Source of the DNA: an uncultured Thermodesulfobacteriota bacterium | Lineage (GTDB): Bacteria > Desulfobacterota > CAZCTP01 | Reading direction: 5' to 3' | NCBI GenBank assembly: GCA_964501575.1 | Contig: CAZCTP010000004.1 | Span: forward strand, 9,402-73,401 | DNA length: 64,000 bases | Shown: in pieces, positions 1 to 12,937 of the stretch | How the letters are laid out: every line of letters begins with the position of its first letter | Position numbering within the stretch: the first letter of the stretch is position 1 | Made by a program: the position numbers and the translations under genes | The notes under the pieces: generated by a model | Told to the model about the DNA's origin: nothing | Databases searched by the model: none | The model's input: only the letters and a program-made list of their open reading frames with translations

Positions 1-149
1 CTCACTGTCACAATATCAACACCTTCCTCAATAGGTTCATATTTAATCGCTCCATCGTATGAACCCGACTCATATGGATCTGTTAATATTTTTGTACCAC
101 TCTCCGAAGTAATAATAAAAGCTGCGTGACCTAACCATTTTATCTTCAT
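1..149 (-). CDS. MBL-fold metallo-hydrolase (UPF0173-like), N-terminal 49 codons only; gene runs off the window start
   Basis: Reverse complement of 1..149 translates MKIKWLGHAAFIITSESGTKILTDPYESGSYDGAIKYEPIEEGVDIV, a typical beta-lactamase-fold hydrolase N-terminus. Its ATG overlaps the recJ stop in an ATGA junction. Confidence 0.5.
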   Translation of the reverse strand, partial: MKIKWLGHAAFIITSESGTKILTDPYESGSYDGAIKYEPIEEGVDIVTV

Positions 150-1855
150 TTCATACCTCCTTCTCTAATATCCTTCAACCTTAGTTGAAGGTATTCTAAT
201 CCTTGCCATGTATTTATCCGGGGAGAAAATGCAATATCAGCCTTCTCATATAGTAATGGATAAATTCTTCCCAAATCAAATCCGATTCCATCCCATGTAA
301 AATTACCATCTTTCAATGTAACTTTTAGATGATTATCACCAACTATCTTGCAATCAGAAATCTTAATATTTGAAGATGCTATAACAGGTTCTGGATTTGA
401 TGGACCAAAAGGCTCTAACAGTTCAAACTCCTTAACAATTTCTGCAGTGAGGTCTCTAAGCATTATCTCACTATCTATATTTATAACTGGATATAAATCT
501 TCATCTCTTAGTTTTGACTTTGCTACTTCCTCAAAAAGTTCTTGAAATTCAGATATTTTATCAATTGATACTTTCAATCCAGCAGCATGTTTATGACCTC
601 CATAACCCTCTAATAAATGCTCACAACTTCTTAATCCTTCATACATATGAAATTTCTCAATACTCCTTCCCGAACCTTTACCAATTCCATCCGCTATGGA
701 TATAAGGATTGTTGGTCTGTAATATTCTTCAACTACTCTTGACGCCACAATACCTATTACTCCAGCATGCCAATTTTCGCTGGCAAGCACAATAGATTTA
801 TTCATTAACAAAGACCTATTCCCCTCTAATATATTTAATACCTCCTTAAATATCTTATTTTCTATATTCTGCCTTTTTGAATTCTCACTATCTAATGTTT
901 TAGCAATTTCGAAAGCCTTATTCTCATCAGAAGTAGTCAAAAGCTCGACTCCAAGATTGGCATTGGATAATCTGCCAGCTGCATTTATTCTTGGAGCCAA
1001 TCTAAATCCCACCATACCACAATCTACAGGACCCCCGTTAATACCGCTAACAGACTTTAATGCCTTAATTCCAGGTCTATCCCCATCTGCAATCTCTGTA
1101 AGACCAAATTTTACTATTATTCTATTCTCATCTATAATTGGTGCTATATCAGCTATTGTCCCTAATGCCGCAAGATCCATATATCTTTTAAGATTTGGTA
1201 GATTATCCTCTCCCTTCTCTCTGAGCCTTGCTCTTAAACCTATAATAAGCTTGAATACAACCCCAACCCCTGTTAAATCTTTAAATGGATATGTAGAATC
1301 CTTACGTTTAGGATTAAGTACAGCAATAGCCCCTGGTATTCTTGCAGGGGGTTCATGATGGTCACATATAATAACATCCATTCCGTTATTATTACAATAG
1401 TCTATCTCCTCATAATCTGATATACCACAATCCACAGAGATTATAAGCTTAACACCCTCATTTTTAAACCTTTTAATAGCATCTATATTAATACCATAGC
1501 CGTCTTTAAGCCTGTCTGGTATATAATAAGAAACATTTGGAGAAAACTTATTAAGAAACAAAAGAAGCATAGAGGTTGCTGTAACCCCATCTACATCATA
1601 ATCTCCATATATAAGAACCTTCTCTTTATTCTTTATAGCTTTTAATATTCTATTAGTCCCTATATCCATATCACTTAATAAAAAAGGTGAATATAAATCT
1701 GACAAAGATGGGTGTAAAAATTTATAGGAATTATCAATATCCTTCATCCCTCTATTTACTAATATATGGGAAGTTAATAGAGATATATTTAAATCCTTTG
1801 AAAGAGATTCTATTAATGCATTATCCTTCTTTCTTAAAATCCATATCCTTTTCAT
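146..1855 (-). CDS. recJ: single-stranded-DNA-specific exonuclease RecJ
   Basis: 569 aa with DHH motifs (LIYGDYDVDGVTA, ICDHHEP), a DHHA1 region and an OB-fold C-terminus. Confidence 0.9.
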   Translation of the reverse strand: MKRIWILRKKDNALIESLSKDLNISLLTSHILVNRGMKDIDNSYKFLHPSLSDLYSPFLLSDMDIGTNRILKAIKNKEKVLIYGDYDVDGVTATSMLLLFLNKFSPNVSYYIPDRLKDGYGINIDAIKRFKNEGVKLIISVDCGISDYEEIDYCNNNGMDVIICDHHEPPARIPGAIAVLNPKRKDSTYPFKDLTGVGVVFKLIIGLRARLREKGEDNLPNLKRYMDLAALGTIADIAPIIDENRIIVKFGLTEIADGDRPGIKALKSVSGINGGPVDCGMVGFRLAPRINAAGRLSNANLGVELLTTSDENKAFEIAKTLDSENSKRQNIENKIFKEVLNILEGNRSLLMNKSIVLASENWHAGVIGIVASRVVEEYYRPTILISIADGIGKGSGRSIEKFHMYEGLRSCEHLLEGYGGHKHAAGLKVSIDKISEFQELFEEVAKSKLRDEDLYPVINIDSEIMLRDLTAEIVKEFELLEPFGPSNPEPVIASSNIKISDCKIVGDNHLKVTLKDGNFTWDGIGFDLGRIYPLLYEKADIAFSPRINTWQGLEYLQLRLKDIREGGMK

Positions 1856-2502
1856 AAAATATTTCTTAATTCATGCTCCTTTTCTTTTTTTACTAAGGCT
1901 ATAACTTTATCCTCTTCCATAAATTCAGTATCACCTCTTGGTACTATAACCTTATCATTTCTTATTATTGATATAAATATAGCTTCCTCAGGAAGCTTTA
2001 TATCCCTTATCTTTTTATTTATCAAAGGAGAAAGAGAAGATAATTCTACTTCCACAATTTCAAGATCTCCACCATGAATAGTAAGTAAGGGAACAACAGA
2101 ATCAGCCTTCACTTGCTCTTCTATTAGAGCATTTATAATCCTTGTTGCACTTACAGTAGCATCTATTCCAAAGGAGCTAAATATCTCCTCATTCTTTGGG
2201 TTATTAACCCTTGCAATAGTTTTTGGTGTTATAAATACTATCTTCACCATCTGACATATAACAAGATTATCTTCATCTTCACCTGTTGCAGATACTAAAA
2301 CATCAGCTCTATTTGCCCCCACTTTCTTCAGAACCTCTAATGACGTCCCATCCCCATACATTACAGAATCTCCTAACTCATTCATAAGGATAGAAATTTT
2401 ACTTTTATCCTTCTCGATAAGCATAACTTCATGCCCTTCTAACAGGAGAAGCTTTGTGAGATTATATCCAACCTTCCCTGCACCTACAATTATAATATAC
2501 AT
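1852..2502 (-). CDS. TrkA/KtrA-type RCK protein with NAD-binding N domain and TrkA-C domain
   Basis: 216 aa. Rossmann motif IIIVGAGKVGYNL at the N-terminus and a C-terminal TrkA-C-like region. 4-bp overlap with recJ. Confidence 0.8.
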   Translation of the reverse strand: MYIIIVGAGKVGYNLTKLLLLEGHEVMLIEKDKSKISILMNELGDSVMYGDGTSLEVLKKVGANRADVLVSATGEDEDNLVICQMVKIVFITPKTIARVNNPKNEEIFSSFGIDATVSATRIINALIEEQVKADSVVPLLTIHGGDLEIVEVELSSLSPLINKKIRDIKLPEEAIFISIIRNDKVIVPRGDTEFMEEDKVIALVKKEKEHELRNIL

Positions 2503-2511
2503 ATTCTCTCC

Positions 2512-2904
2512 TTATTTTAACATATCTATAATAAAATTTAATGTTAATTCAGTAGGACATACCGTCTCTAATCCCATATCTTTATATACCCTTGCTAAAG
2601 AAGGATTATAGATTCTAACTATTATCTTCTTTGGATTAAATCTCTTTTTTACAATTTGAGCTGCCATTATATTTATTGTATCTTTACCAGTTGCAGATAC
2701 AAATACATCAACCTTTTCAGAAAATATTTCGTTCATAATATTATCATTAAATATATTACTCCCTATTCTAAACGCAACATCTTTTTCAAGGTTTATAAAT
2801 TTATCCTCATTTTCATCAATTATTATAATCTCATTTCTTTCTTCAGCCAATAGATTCGCCAATGATGATCCCAATCTTCCACAACCTAATATTACTATTC
2901 TCAT
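2512..2904 (-). CDS. TrkA-N (RCK N-terminal) domain protein, short form
   Basis: 130 aa. IVILGCGRLGSSLANLL Rossmann motif. No TrkA-C domain. Confidence 0.7.
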   Translation of the reverse strand: MRIVILGCGRLGSSLANLLAEERNEIIIIDENEDKFINLEKDVAFRIGSNIFNDNIMNEIFSEKVDVFVSATGKDTINIMAAQIVKKRFNPKKIIVRIYNPSLARVYKDMGLETVCPTELTLNFIIDMLK

Positions 2905-2918
2905 AAAACCTCCTTAAT

Positions 2919-3548
2919 TTAGGAAGGGAGCCTATCTATTATTATCTCAAATGGAGCTTTTTTAAACAGAATATCGGCTGTTTTTCCCAATATATCCTGA
3001 ATAATCCCCTTCTTTGACATCACTCCCATAACTATCAGATCTACATCATAATCCTTCGCAGACCTGATTATACCTTCCCATGCTTCCCTTGCTCTTTCCA
3101 TCTTTGTTATTGTATTAAGCTCCCTCAATTCTACTATTTCTTTCCCCCTATCAAGAGCCTCTTTAGCATTTATTTCATCGGTTGGAAGAGGGGCATTTAG
3201 CGGGAGAGTTCGCGGAACTTCAACAACATATACCAATATTATCTCTGCCTTCTGTTCTTCACCGAGCCTACAAGCAAGCTCTATACCCCTTTCAGAATAT
3301 GGCATACCTACTGTTGGGACAAGTATTCTCTTTATTGCCCCTACAGACCTTCTTGCTTTAGCTGCTGCAGGAGGAATTGGGGGAGGAACCCTAAGCATCC
3401 ATAATATTAAGCCACTCATGGATAATGTAAATATTATTGCTAATATAACCCCTATAAAATTTATATTAACAGACATCTTTTCTCTCTTTAATATACCTGA
3501 AAACCAATACAACCCTATAAATTCCAAATATAAGAATACTTCCTCCAA
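2919..3548 (-). CDS. universal stress protein (UspA family) with N-terminal membrane anchor
   Basis: The C-terminal 140 aa show the Usp fold (ILVPTVG..., VDLIVMGVMSKKGII...GKTADILFKKAPFEIIIDR). The N-terminus is hydrophobic. The true start may be the internal MSVNINF near 3476. Confidence 0.65.
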   Translation of the reverse strand: MEEVFLYLEFIGLYWFSGILKREKMSVNINFIGVILAIIFTLSMSGLILWMLRVPPPIPPAAAKARRSVGAIKRILVPTVGMPYSERGIELACRLGEEQKAEIILVYVVEVPRTLPLNAPLPTDEINAKEALDRGKEIVELRELNTITKMERAREAWEGIIRSAKDYDVDLIVMGVMSKKGIIQDILGKTADILFKKAPFEIIIDRLPS

Positions 3549-3681
3549 TTATAATTGAATTGAGGAACCACTTCTCACCTAATGAACGAAATATTATTAT
3601 AGCTCCTAATATTACCATAGATATAGTAATAAAAATATGATAACAATCTATCATTCTAAGTCTTCTTTGAGTTCTTTCCAA
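3466..3681 (-). CDS. small hypothetical two-helix membrane protein
   Basis: 71-aa ORF with two hydrophobic segments. It overlaps the ends of both neighbouring genes, so it may be spurious. Confidence 0.25.
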   Translation of the reverse strand: MERTQRRLRMIDCYHIFITISMVILGAIIIFRSLGEKWFLNSIIIGGSILIFGIYRVVLVFRYIKERKDVC

Positions 3682-5212
3682 GTTTTTTATCCCTCTCAGC
3701 CAGTCTTATCTTATATTCTTCAAGCATATCATACTCCTCAGCTGATTCAAGAACAGATATCTGCTCTTTTTCCCACTCATGCTTTACAGTTTTAAATACT
3801 GGAAGTCCATTTCTCTTTCTATACCATGCATAATATAAGAAGCATAATAGTATCCAGGATGGTCCGGCAATTCTTCCTATATCATGGGTAAGAACTACCA
3901 TAAATAGAACACTCATAATTCCTATCATTCCCAATAGACCCAATACAGGAAATTCTACTTTCTCTCCTTTATAGCTTATTTTTATATTCAATGGCATCTT
4001 ATAAGGTCTCGGAGAATATGTATCCGAGAATCTCAACTTAATTAAAGAGATAAATACCATTGTATACCCCAATGTAGCCCCAAATGCGTACATATTTCCT
4101 AATGTATCCATTGCGCTCGGCGTCAGGAATGAGAGAAAAACTTCAATTATTCCTATAAATGAAAACGCTATAACAGCTCTCACCGGTGTCCTGTATTTTG
4201 GATGAACAACCCCAAACCACTTACTTATAATATTAAATTGACTTAATGAATATGTTAACCTTGATGCTCCCATAACCCCTGTATTGGATGATATTAAAAG
4301 TATCAGACACCCTATAAACGCAGTGAATGGACCTGCAATCAGCCCTATATATGGAATAGACTTTGCAATAATAGCAACTGGGTTATCCATATGTTTTGCA
4401 ATTTCCTGCCATGGTAAAAGCCCTAAACTCAATGTTGGAAACGCTGTAGCAAATATAAATACACTAAATATGAGTGTTAAAGATGTTCTTGGAACTATAG
4501 ATGCAGGACGCCTTGTTTCTTGAGCAGCTTGGGATATAGACTCTAATCCTACAAATGATATTATAGCAAGCGATGTTCCATACATAAAATTCTCTTTTGA
4601 AGGAAATTGGGTATACCATTGATGTATAAGAAATTCTGGTCTCCACGCAAATATAAAACCGATAATTATAATTAACGATTCTAGTATTATTACAATCCCA
4701 CCTATTACTTCATTTATTAGAGAAGATTCTCTTATCCCTCTTATATTTAGGAATATCAAAAATACAATCAGAGCAATTGTTTCTAAACACCATACTGGAT
4801 TCACAGCTTTAAATGGCCCTATATTAACAACAAAATTCTCTATACCATGGCCTATTATATAGGGGAGGAAGAAATTAAAATATCCTGCTGATGCTGTGGC
4901 AAAAAGAGCAATATCAATAGTATAATCAAGAAGTAGTGCTGCTCCTGAAATAAACCCCCAGAAATCTCCAAGCCCCCTAAGTGTAAAATATGGACCACCC
5001 CCTGCTACCGGATATGTAGAAGCAAGCTCAGTATAGGCAAGTCCTATCATTATATATACAATCCCTGCCAACGCAAAGGCTAAGCTTGTTGCTCCCTTAG
5101 CATAAGCCATAACAAGCCCTAATGCCACATAGGTATCAGCTCCAACATCTGCAAATCCCCATGTAAAAGATCCCCATACACTAACATCTCTTCTTAATTC
5201 AGGCTCTTCCAT
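3656..5212 (-). CDS. APC-superfamily amino-acid/cation permease with about 60-aa charged C-terminal tail
   Basis: 518 aa with about 12 predicted TM helices and the APC-family signature (FALAGIVYIMIGLAYTELASTYPVAGGGPYF). It shares one base with the secF stop. Confidence 0.8.
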   Translation of the reverse strand: MEEPELRRDVSVWGSFTWGFADVGADTYVALGLVMAYAKGATSLAFALAGIVYIMIGLAYTELASTYPVAGGGPYFTLRGLGDFWGFISGAALLLDYTIDIALFATASAGYFNFFLPYIIGHGIENFVVNIGPFKAVNPVWCLETIALIVFLIFLNIRGIRESSLINEVIGGIVIILESLIIIIGFIFAWRPEFLIHQWYTQFPSKENFMYGTSLAIISFVGLESISQAAQETRRPASIVPRTSLTLIFSVFIFATAFPTLSLGLLPWQEIAKHMDNPVAIIAKSIPYIGLIAGPFTAFIGCLILLISSNTGVMGASRLTYSLSQFNIISKWFGVVHPKYRTPVRAVIAFSFIGIIEVFLSFLTPSAMDTLGNMYAFGATLGYTMVFISLIKLRFSDTYSPRPYKMPLNIKISYKGEKVEFPVLGLLGMIGIMSVLFMVVLTHDIGRIAGPSWILLCFLYYAWYRKRNGLPVFKTVKHEWEKEQISVLESAEEYDMLEEYKIRLAERDKKLGKNSKKT

Positions 5213-6126
5213 TAGGCTCTTCTCTTCTTAATTAAATTTCCAGCACCTCTAAAGGATACAATAATAGGTGATGCAATAAATATTGAGGAATATGTTCCGG
5301 TAATAACTCCTATTATAAGAGCAAAAGCAAAATTATGTATAACCTCACCACCAAAAAAGAATAGAATAATAACAACAACAAGTACGGTAAAAGAGGTTAA
5401 TATAGTTCTACTTAAGGTCTGGTTTATACTCATATTTATTATATCTTCAAATCTTCCCTTTCTTCTTAGATTGAGATTTTCTCTTATTCTGTCAAATACC
5501 ACAATAGTATCATTAATTGAATATCCAACTATTGTCAAAAATGCAGCTACAACTGTTAAGTCTATCTCTTTATTCGTCAATGAGAATATACCAAGTGTAA
5601 TGGATACATCATGAATAAGAGCTATCACTCCTGCAGCACCCCACAATGGTTTAAATCTAAATCCAACATATATCAAAATTCCAATAGTAGCATATATTAC
5701 CGCAAGTATACCCTTTCTCCTTAAATCTCTACTTACCTTTGGCCCTATCATCTGAACTCCTTTAATATCAAAAGGATTTTTAGGAAAATTTTTCTTTAAT
5801 TTATCTTTAATCCTATTCTCCAATCCATTGGGATCTATTCCTTTGCCACTAAATCTTATAATTACCTCATTTTCTCTACCATATTCTTGAATTATAATAT
5901 CCTTTATACCTATATTTTCAAGAGAATTTCTTATCTTGTCATAAGACGGCTTTTCTTTAAAAGATATATTTAAAGCAATACCACCTGTAAAGTCTATTCC
6001 ATATTTGGGTCCACCTTTTATAATAAGTGAAATAATTCCAGACAAAATCAATATAAATGAAATAGCCAAGCATATACTCCTTTTACTCATAAAATCTATA
6101 TTTGCTGTCTTCTTAAATAACTCCAT
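5212..6126 (-). CDS. secF: protein-export membrane protein SecF
   Basis: 304 aa. SecF/SecD C-terminal 6-TM domain (YGIDFTGG, DVSITLGIFSL, FDRIREN). Confidence 0.9.
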   Translation of the reverse strand: MELFKKTANIDFMSKRSICLAISFILILSGIISLIIKGGPKYGIDFTGGIALNISFKEKPSYDKIRNSLENIGIKDIIIQEYGRENEVIIRFSGKGIDPNGLENRIKDKLKKNFPKNPFDIKGVQMIGPKVSRDLRRKGILAVIYATIGILIYVGFRFKPLWGAAGVIALIHDVSITLGIFSLTNKEIDLTVVAAFLTIVGYSINDTIVVFDRIRENLNLRRKGRFEDIINMSINQTLSRTILTSFTVLVVVIILFFFGGEVIHNFAFALIIGVITGTYSSIFIASPIIVSFRGAGNLIKKRRA

Positions 6127-6135
6127 ATTAACTCC

Positions 6136-7722
6136 TTATATACTTAATTTCTTCATTCTTCTTTTACCTACCCATAGGTCAAATATTACTCTACATACAA
6201 ATATTGCTGTAAACATACTTGCCAACAACCCTATATTTAAAGTAACTCCAAATCCCTTTATAGGTCCGGTTCCAAATTGGAACAGGACTACAGCAGCAAT
6301 AAGAGTAGTTAAATTAGCATCCAAAATAGTCAGAAATGCCCTTGAAAATCCAGCTTCTATTGCAGCTCTTATACCCTTACCAGTTTTAAGCTCTTCTCTT
6401 ATTCTCTCAAATATCAATACATTTGCATCTACTGCCATACCTATAGTTAAGACAATACCTGCAATTCCTGGTAATGTTAATGTAGCTCTAAATGCAGCAA
6501 GACAAGAAAGTATGAGTAACATATTTAAAATCAAAGCAACATTAGCTATTAGTCCTGATAAATTATAATATATTACCATAAATATCACTACCAACAAACC
6601 ACCTATCAATATAGAATTAGTCCCTTTATTAATAGAATCCTTACCTAAGGAAGGACCGACTGTTATCTTCTCCAATATATTTACTGGGGCTGGGAGTGCA
6701 CCAGCCCTTAAAACTATTGCAAGGTCACGGGCATCTTCATCTGTAAAATTACCTGTTATCTGAGCCCTTCCACCCGAGATCCTTTCCTGAATAACAGGAG
6801 CCGAATATATATTATCATCAAGTATTATAGCCAGCTTCTTCTTAACATTTGCTGCTGTTATCTGATCAAATAGTCTTGCTCCTCTATCATTAAATTCTAT
6901 AAGAACATATGGTTCATTTAGCCTTGTATCAATTCTTACCATAGCATTCTTAATAAGATCCCCTGTCATTAGAGTTCTTTTCTTAATTAGATAAGGAGTT
7001 TGAGATATAGCACCAGTATCTCTATCAACCCTCCTTTGATATAATATCTCATCCCCCTCCGGGATATCTCCTGCTAATGCCTTCTCAATGCTATTTTCTT
7101 CATCAACAAGTTTAAATTCAAGTATAGCTGTCTTCCCTATCAATGCGATAGCCCTATCAGGATCCCGTATGCCAGGCAATTGAACAACAATCCTATCTTC
7201 TCCCTCTCTATGAATATCTGGTTCTGCAACACCAAACTGATCTATTCTATTTCTTATAGTTTCTAAAGCCTGATCTATAGTAGATTCCTTTATCTTCCTT
7301 TCTTCTTTATTATTAAATTCCAATTCTACCCTTAGTTCATCACCTACCTTTTTATAATTTCCTATAAGGTTTGAAAATCTACTCTTTAAAATATTGTTGA
7401 ATTTATACTCATCATCTGGATTTAACAAATATATGACTATCTTCCCCTTAATCATTTCTATAGATCCATATGGGATACTATTCCTTCCAAGTATATGTTT
7501 AATATCTTCTATATCCCTATCAAGTATATTCTCAAGAGTCTTTGAAGTATCAACCTCAAGTATTAAATGCATCCCTCCCTGCAAATCAAGACCTAAATGG
7601 AGTTTTGATAGATAATTCTCAAGAGATTTTGGAGGTGTGAAACCGAGAGAAGGTAGAATAAATATAATTCCTAATATAACTACAAATATTATAAAAATAA
7701 GCCTCCATTTAAGATTATACAT
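6136..7722 (-). CDS. secD: protein-export membrane protein SecD
   Basis: 528 aa. Large periplasmic domain plus C-terminal SecD/SecF TM domain (LDLQGG, FERIREE). Confidence 0.9.
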   Translation of the reverse strand: MYNLKWRLIFIIFVVILGIIFILPSLGFTPPKSLENYLSKLHLGLDLQGGMHLILEVDTSKTLENILDRDIEDIKHILGRNSIPYGSIEMIKGKIVIYLLNPDDEYKFNNILKSRFSNLIGNYKKVGDELRVELEFNNKEERKIKESTIDQALETIRNRIDQFGVAEPDIHREGEDRIVVQLPGIRDPDRAIALIGKTAILEFKLVDEENSIEKALAGDIPEGDEILYQRRVDRDTGAISQTPYLIKKRTLMTGDLIKNAMVRIDTRLNEPYVLIEFNDRGARLFDQITAANVKKKLAIILDDNIYSAPVIQERISGGRAQITGNFTDEDARDLAIVLRAGALPAPVNILEKITVGPSLGKDSINKGTNSILIGGLLVVIFMVIYYNLSGLIANVALILNMLLILSCLAAFRATLTLPGIAGIVLTIGMAVDANVLIFERIREELKTGKGIRAAIEAGFSRAFLTILDANLTTLIAAVVLFQFGTGPIKGFGVTLNIGLLASMFTAIFVCRVIFDLWVGKRRMKKLSI

Positions 7723-7723
7723 T

Positions 7724-10169
<2,446 letters not shown>

Positions 10170-10512
10170 AAATAAACCTTATTATCTCTTTTTATTTAAA
10201 TTTAGACCTCTGGAATATCATAATTAGATAAATTCTTTGAAAAACAGATAATATTAATACTAAAAACTTTAATCTCAAAAGAATCAATAATCCTCCTATT
10301 AGGAGATTAATTTAACATAGAGTATATAGGATGTCAATAATACCACCACTTCTATACATAGAAATTCCTTACTCATAAATTTAGATAACAATATTTTCCT
10401 TATCACACACTGTACTTCTTTTAGAGTGATTTCTTTAATATTTTCAAGAAATTCAAAAGAGGTGTTTAATTCTCTATCCAGCAATAAGATTGAAAATATC
10501 CTATTAAACTTA

Positions 10513-11340
10513 TTATTTATGCACTTCCCTCCCCCTTGGAAGTGGAATATATTCAACAGTAGACTGCCGTCTAACTGGTTGTGGATATAAGCTCATTAAT
10601 TCAAGAAATTCACTTGGCATATCTGAACTCACATGTAGTCCCAATTCCTTAGCTTTTTCAAATGTTATAGGATAATCATGGGTCCATGTCCCCTGTGAAA
10701 GAATATGTGAAAGTTCTTCAATTTTATCCGGTGAGTATCTATCCTGTAGAAGCTCTTTAATACCCTCTTTAAGGTGATTCATAGCCTTTTTAGCTATATC
10801 TGCAAGCACTAAAGTTTTATCTTCTATCTTATCAATTGGTTTTTCTTCAACCACTTTCACAAGGGAAGCTGCGGGATATTCCCCTAATTGCGGATCTACC
10901 GGGCCCAATACTGCATGTGGACTCATTATTATCTCATCTGCAGCTAAAGCAATAAGGGTCCCTCCAGACATGGCAAAATGAGGAACACATACCGTTACTT
11001 TCCCTTTATGTTTTTTTATAGCTCTCGCTATTTGCAATGATGCAATAACAAGCCCTCCAGGAGTATGTAATACGAGATCTATTGGAACTTCAGAATCAGT
11101 CATATTAATAACCCTTATAATCTCTTCGGAATCTTGTATATCTATATAACGGAGTACAGGAAATCCTAAAAATCCCATTGTTTCTTGCCTATGTACCATA
11201 AGAATAACTCGAGAATTTCTTTTACGTTCAATCTTTGCAATTAATCGTTGTCTGGAAACTTCTAATAACCTTTTGCGAATAACTGGCTGAAGGGAAATAA
11301 TGATAAAGAATAACCATAAAACATCAAATAAACCTGCCAT
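10513..11340 (-). CDS. membrane-anchored ClpP-fold serine protease (SDH / NfeD-like family)
   Basis: 275 aa. N-terminal TM, then LVLHTPGGLVIAS...SGGTLIALAADEI, characteristic of the serine-dehydrogenase-proteinase / ClpP class. Confidence 0.6.
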   Translation of the reverse strand: MAGLFDVLWLFFIIISLQPVIRKRLLEVSRQRLIAKIERKRNSRVILMVHRQETMGFLGFPVLRYIDIQDSEEIIRVINMTDSEVPIDLVLHTPGGLVIASLQIARAIKKHKGKVTVCVPHFAMSGGTLIALAADEIIMSPHAVLGPVDPQLGEYPAASLVKVVEEKPIDKIEDKTLVLADIAKKAMNHLKEGIKELLQDRYSPDKIEELSHILSQGTWTHDYPITFEKAKELGLHVSSDMPSEFLELMSLYPQPVRRQSTVEYIPLPRGREVHK

Positions 11341-11564
11341 AATTCCTCCTTTATATCTATTAAATTTTCATTCTTTATTCTGTATCAGAATAAAACTCAC
11401 TTTATGAATGCCTCTGATATTTCTTCAGGAATTTTATACAATTAGACACTTTCTTGAACTTATATACTTTTAAATAATTAGCTCCAGAAAACCTTCTTCA
11501 TCAGTATAAAGCAGATTTATAACTTAGTTATTCTTTCTTAAAGGACATCCCTGATCTGGAAGAA

Positions 11565-12317
11565 TTAATATCTCAAATATATTCCTCTCGGATCAATCTT
11601 TCTTAAAAGCTTTATCTCATCCATATCAATTTCTGTTTCCTTAACATCTTTACCCACTTTAATATCAAATCCTGTATTCTCTTTTATTCTATCTATAGTA
11701 ACCCCAGGATGATATGAATATATATACATCTCCTTTGTTACATCATCAAATCTAAATATTCCAAGGTCTGTAATTAAAGCCAATGGGCCATCTCCAGGTA
11801 GATTAAGAGATTTCCTTGAATTTCCTCCTTTGTAATGTCCAACAGATGTAATATAATCTAACTTATCCACCAATTTATTTTTCTCATGCCTCATTATTAT
11901 AAGAACCTTATGGGCAATTGATGCTATATCATTTGCTCCACCACTTCCTGTAAGCCTTATCTTTGGATTATAATAGTCCCCTATAACTGTTGAATTTATA
12001 TTCCCATATTTATCTACTTGAGCACCTCCAAGAAAACCTATATCAATATAAGGAAGCATTCCACCTAATATATGAGTCATTGATCCAGCAAATGTAGCAT
12101 TCTGCAATAATATTGGATCAGCTATGGAGGTAGGCATTCTGTCAGACTTGCCAGCTACTACTCCAAGCTCTATAACTACAACTAGATTAGGAGCATGGGT
12201 TAACTGGGCAAGATATGCTGCTCCCATAGGCATTCCAGCTCCTACTAAAACCACATAACCATCTTTAAGCTCATGAGCGGCTGCACAAAGCATTATCTCT
12301 GCAGGTTTTATATCCAT
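11565..12317 (-). CDS. CoA-transferase beta subunit (3-oxoacid / glutaconate CoA-transferase B family)
   Basis: 250 aa. Resembles beta subunits of family I CoA transferases (VVLVGAGMP, LTGSGGANDIA). No alpha-subunit gene is adjacent. Confidence 0.65.
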   Translation of the reverse strand: MDIKPAEIMLCAAAHELKDGYVVLVGAGMPMGAAYLAQLTHAPNLVVVIELGVVAGKSDRMPTSIADPILLQNATFAGSMTHILGGMLPYIDIGFLGGAQVDKYGNINSTVIGDYYNPKIRLTGSGGANDIASIAHKVLIIMRHEKNKLVDKLDYITSVGHYKGGNSRKSLNLPGDGPLALITDLGIFRFDDVTKEMYIYSYHPGVTIDRIKENTGFDIKVGKDVKETEIDMDEIKLLRKIDPRGIYLRY

Positions 12318-12328
12318 TATTTACCTCC

Positions 12329-12937
12329 TTATAAAAACTCTGATATTTTTTTAATTATTGGTCTTTGATCCCTTATATGCTTTGGCATCTTCTCTATAAA
12401 TAGTTTTGCCTCTTCCTTGGTCTTATATATACCCATCAATACTCTATAACATTTCTTACCTTTAAAATCTCTTTCTAAGACATAAATTTTACCATTTTTT
12501 GATAGAGTTTCAAAATTCTCATCGATGGATATCTTTTTACATGACAGCTCCACTTGGATTGTATAACTATTTAAAGGAAATCCCCTTATCCACTCACTCC
12601 ATTTCTTAGACGCATCTGTTAGATTCCCTTCATTATAATATTTTAAACCCTCAAGATAGGGATCTACTTGTTTTTCACCTTCAATATTTTTACTCTCCAC
12701 AGCCTCTTTTTCTATCTTTACACTTTTATCCTCTGATGCTGAGGTCTCTTCAGGTCCAGGCGATAAAGATTCAGGTTTTAAACTGTTTTCAATCTCTGAT
12801 AGATTTTTAAAAGGACCTCTTATTCTTACTCCTCTCTTCTGATGTATATTATCTATATTAAAAATATATATAACATAGATAATAGAGAAAATAATTGCTA
12901 TTAGAAAGACAAATATTAATTTTTTGACCCTGGACAT
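12329..12937 (-). CDS. membrane protein with C-terminal SPOR (septal peptidoglycan-binding) domain
   Basis: 202 aa. N-terminal TM helix, an acidic linker, and a C-terminal KKCYRVLMGIYKTKEEAKLFIEKM segment matching the SPOR YRVQ.G.F...A pattern. Confidence 0.55.
   Translation of the reverse strand: MSRVKKLIFVFLIAIIFSIIYVIYIFNIDNIHQKRGVRIRGPFKNLSEIENSLKPESLSPGPEETSASEDKSVKIEKEAVESKNIEGEKQVDPYLEGLKYYNEGNLTDASKKWSEWIRGFPLNSYTIQVELSCKKISIDENFETLSKNGKIYVLERDFKGKKCYRVLMGIYKTKEEAKLFIEKMPKHIRDQRPIIKKISEFL

Noticed and set aside
10299-10556. 85-aa minus-strand ORF overlapping the 3' end of the ClpP-fold protease gene by 44 bp
   Set aside because: No recognisable motifs, it overlaps a better-supported gene, and it lies in the queA promoter region. 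Probably spurious.
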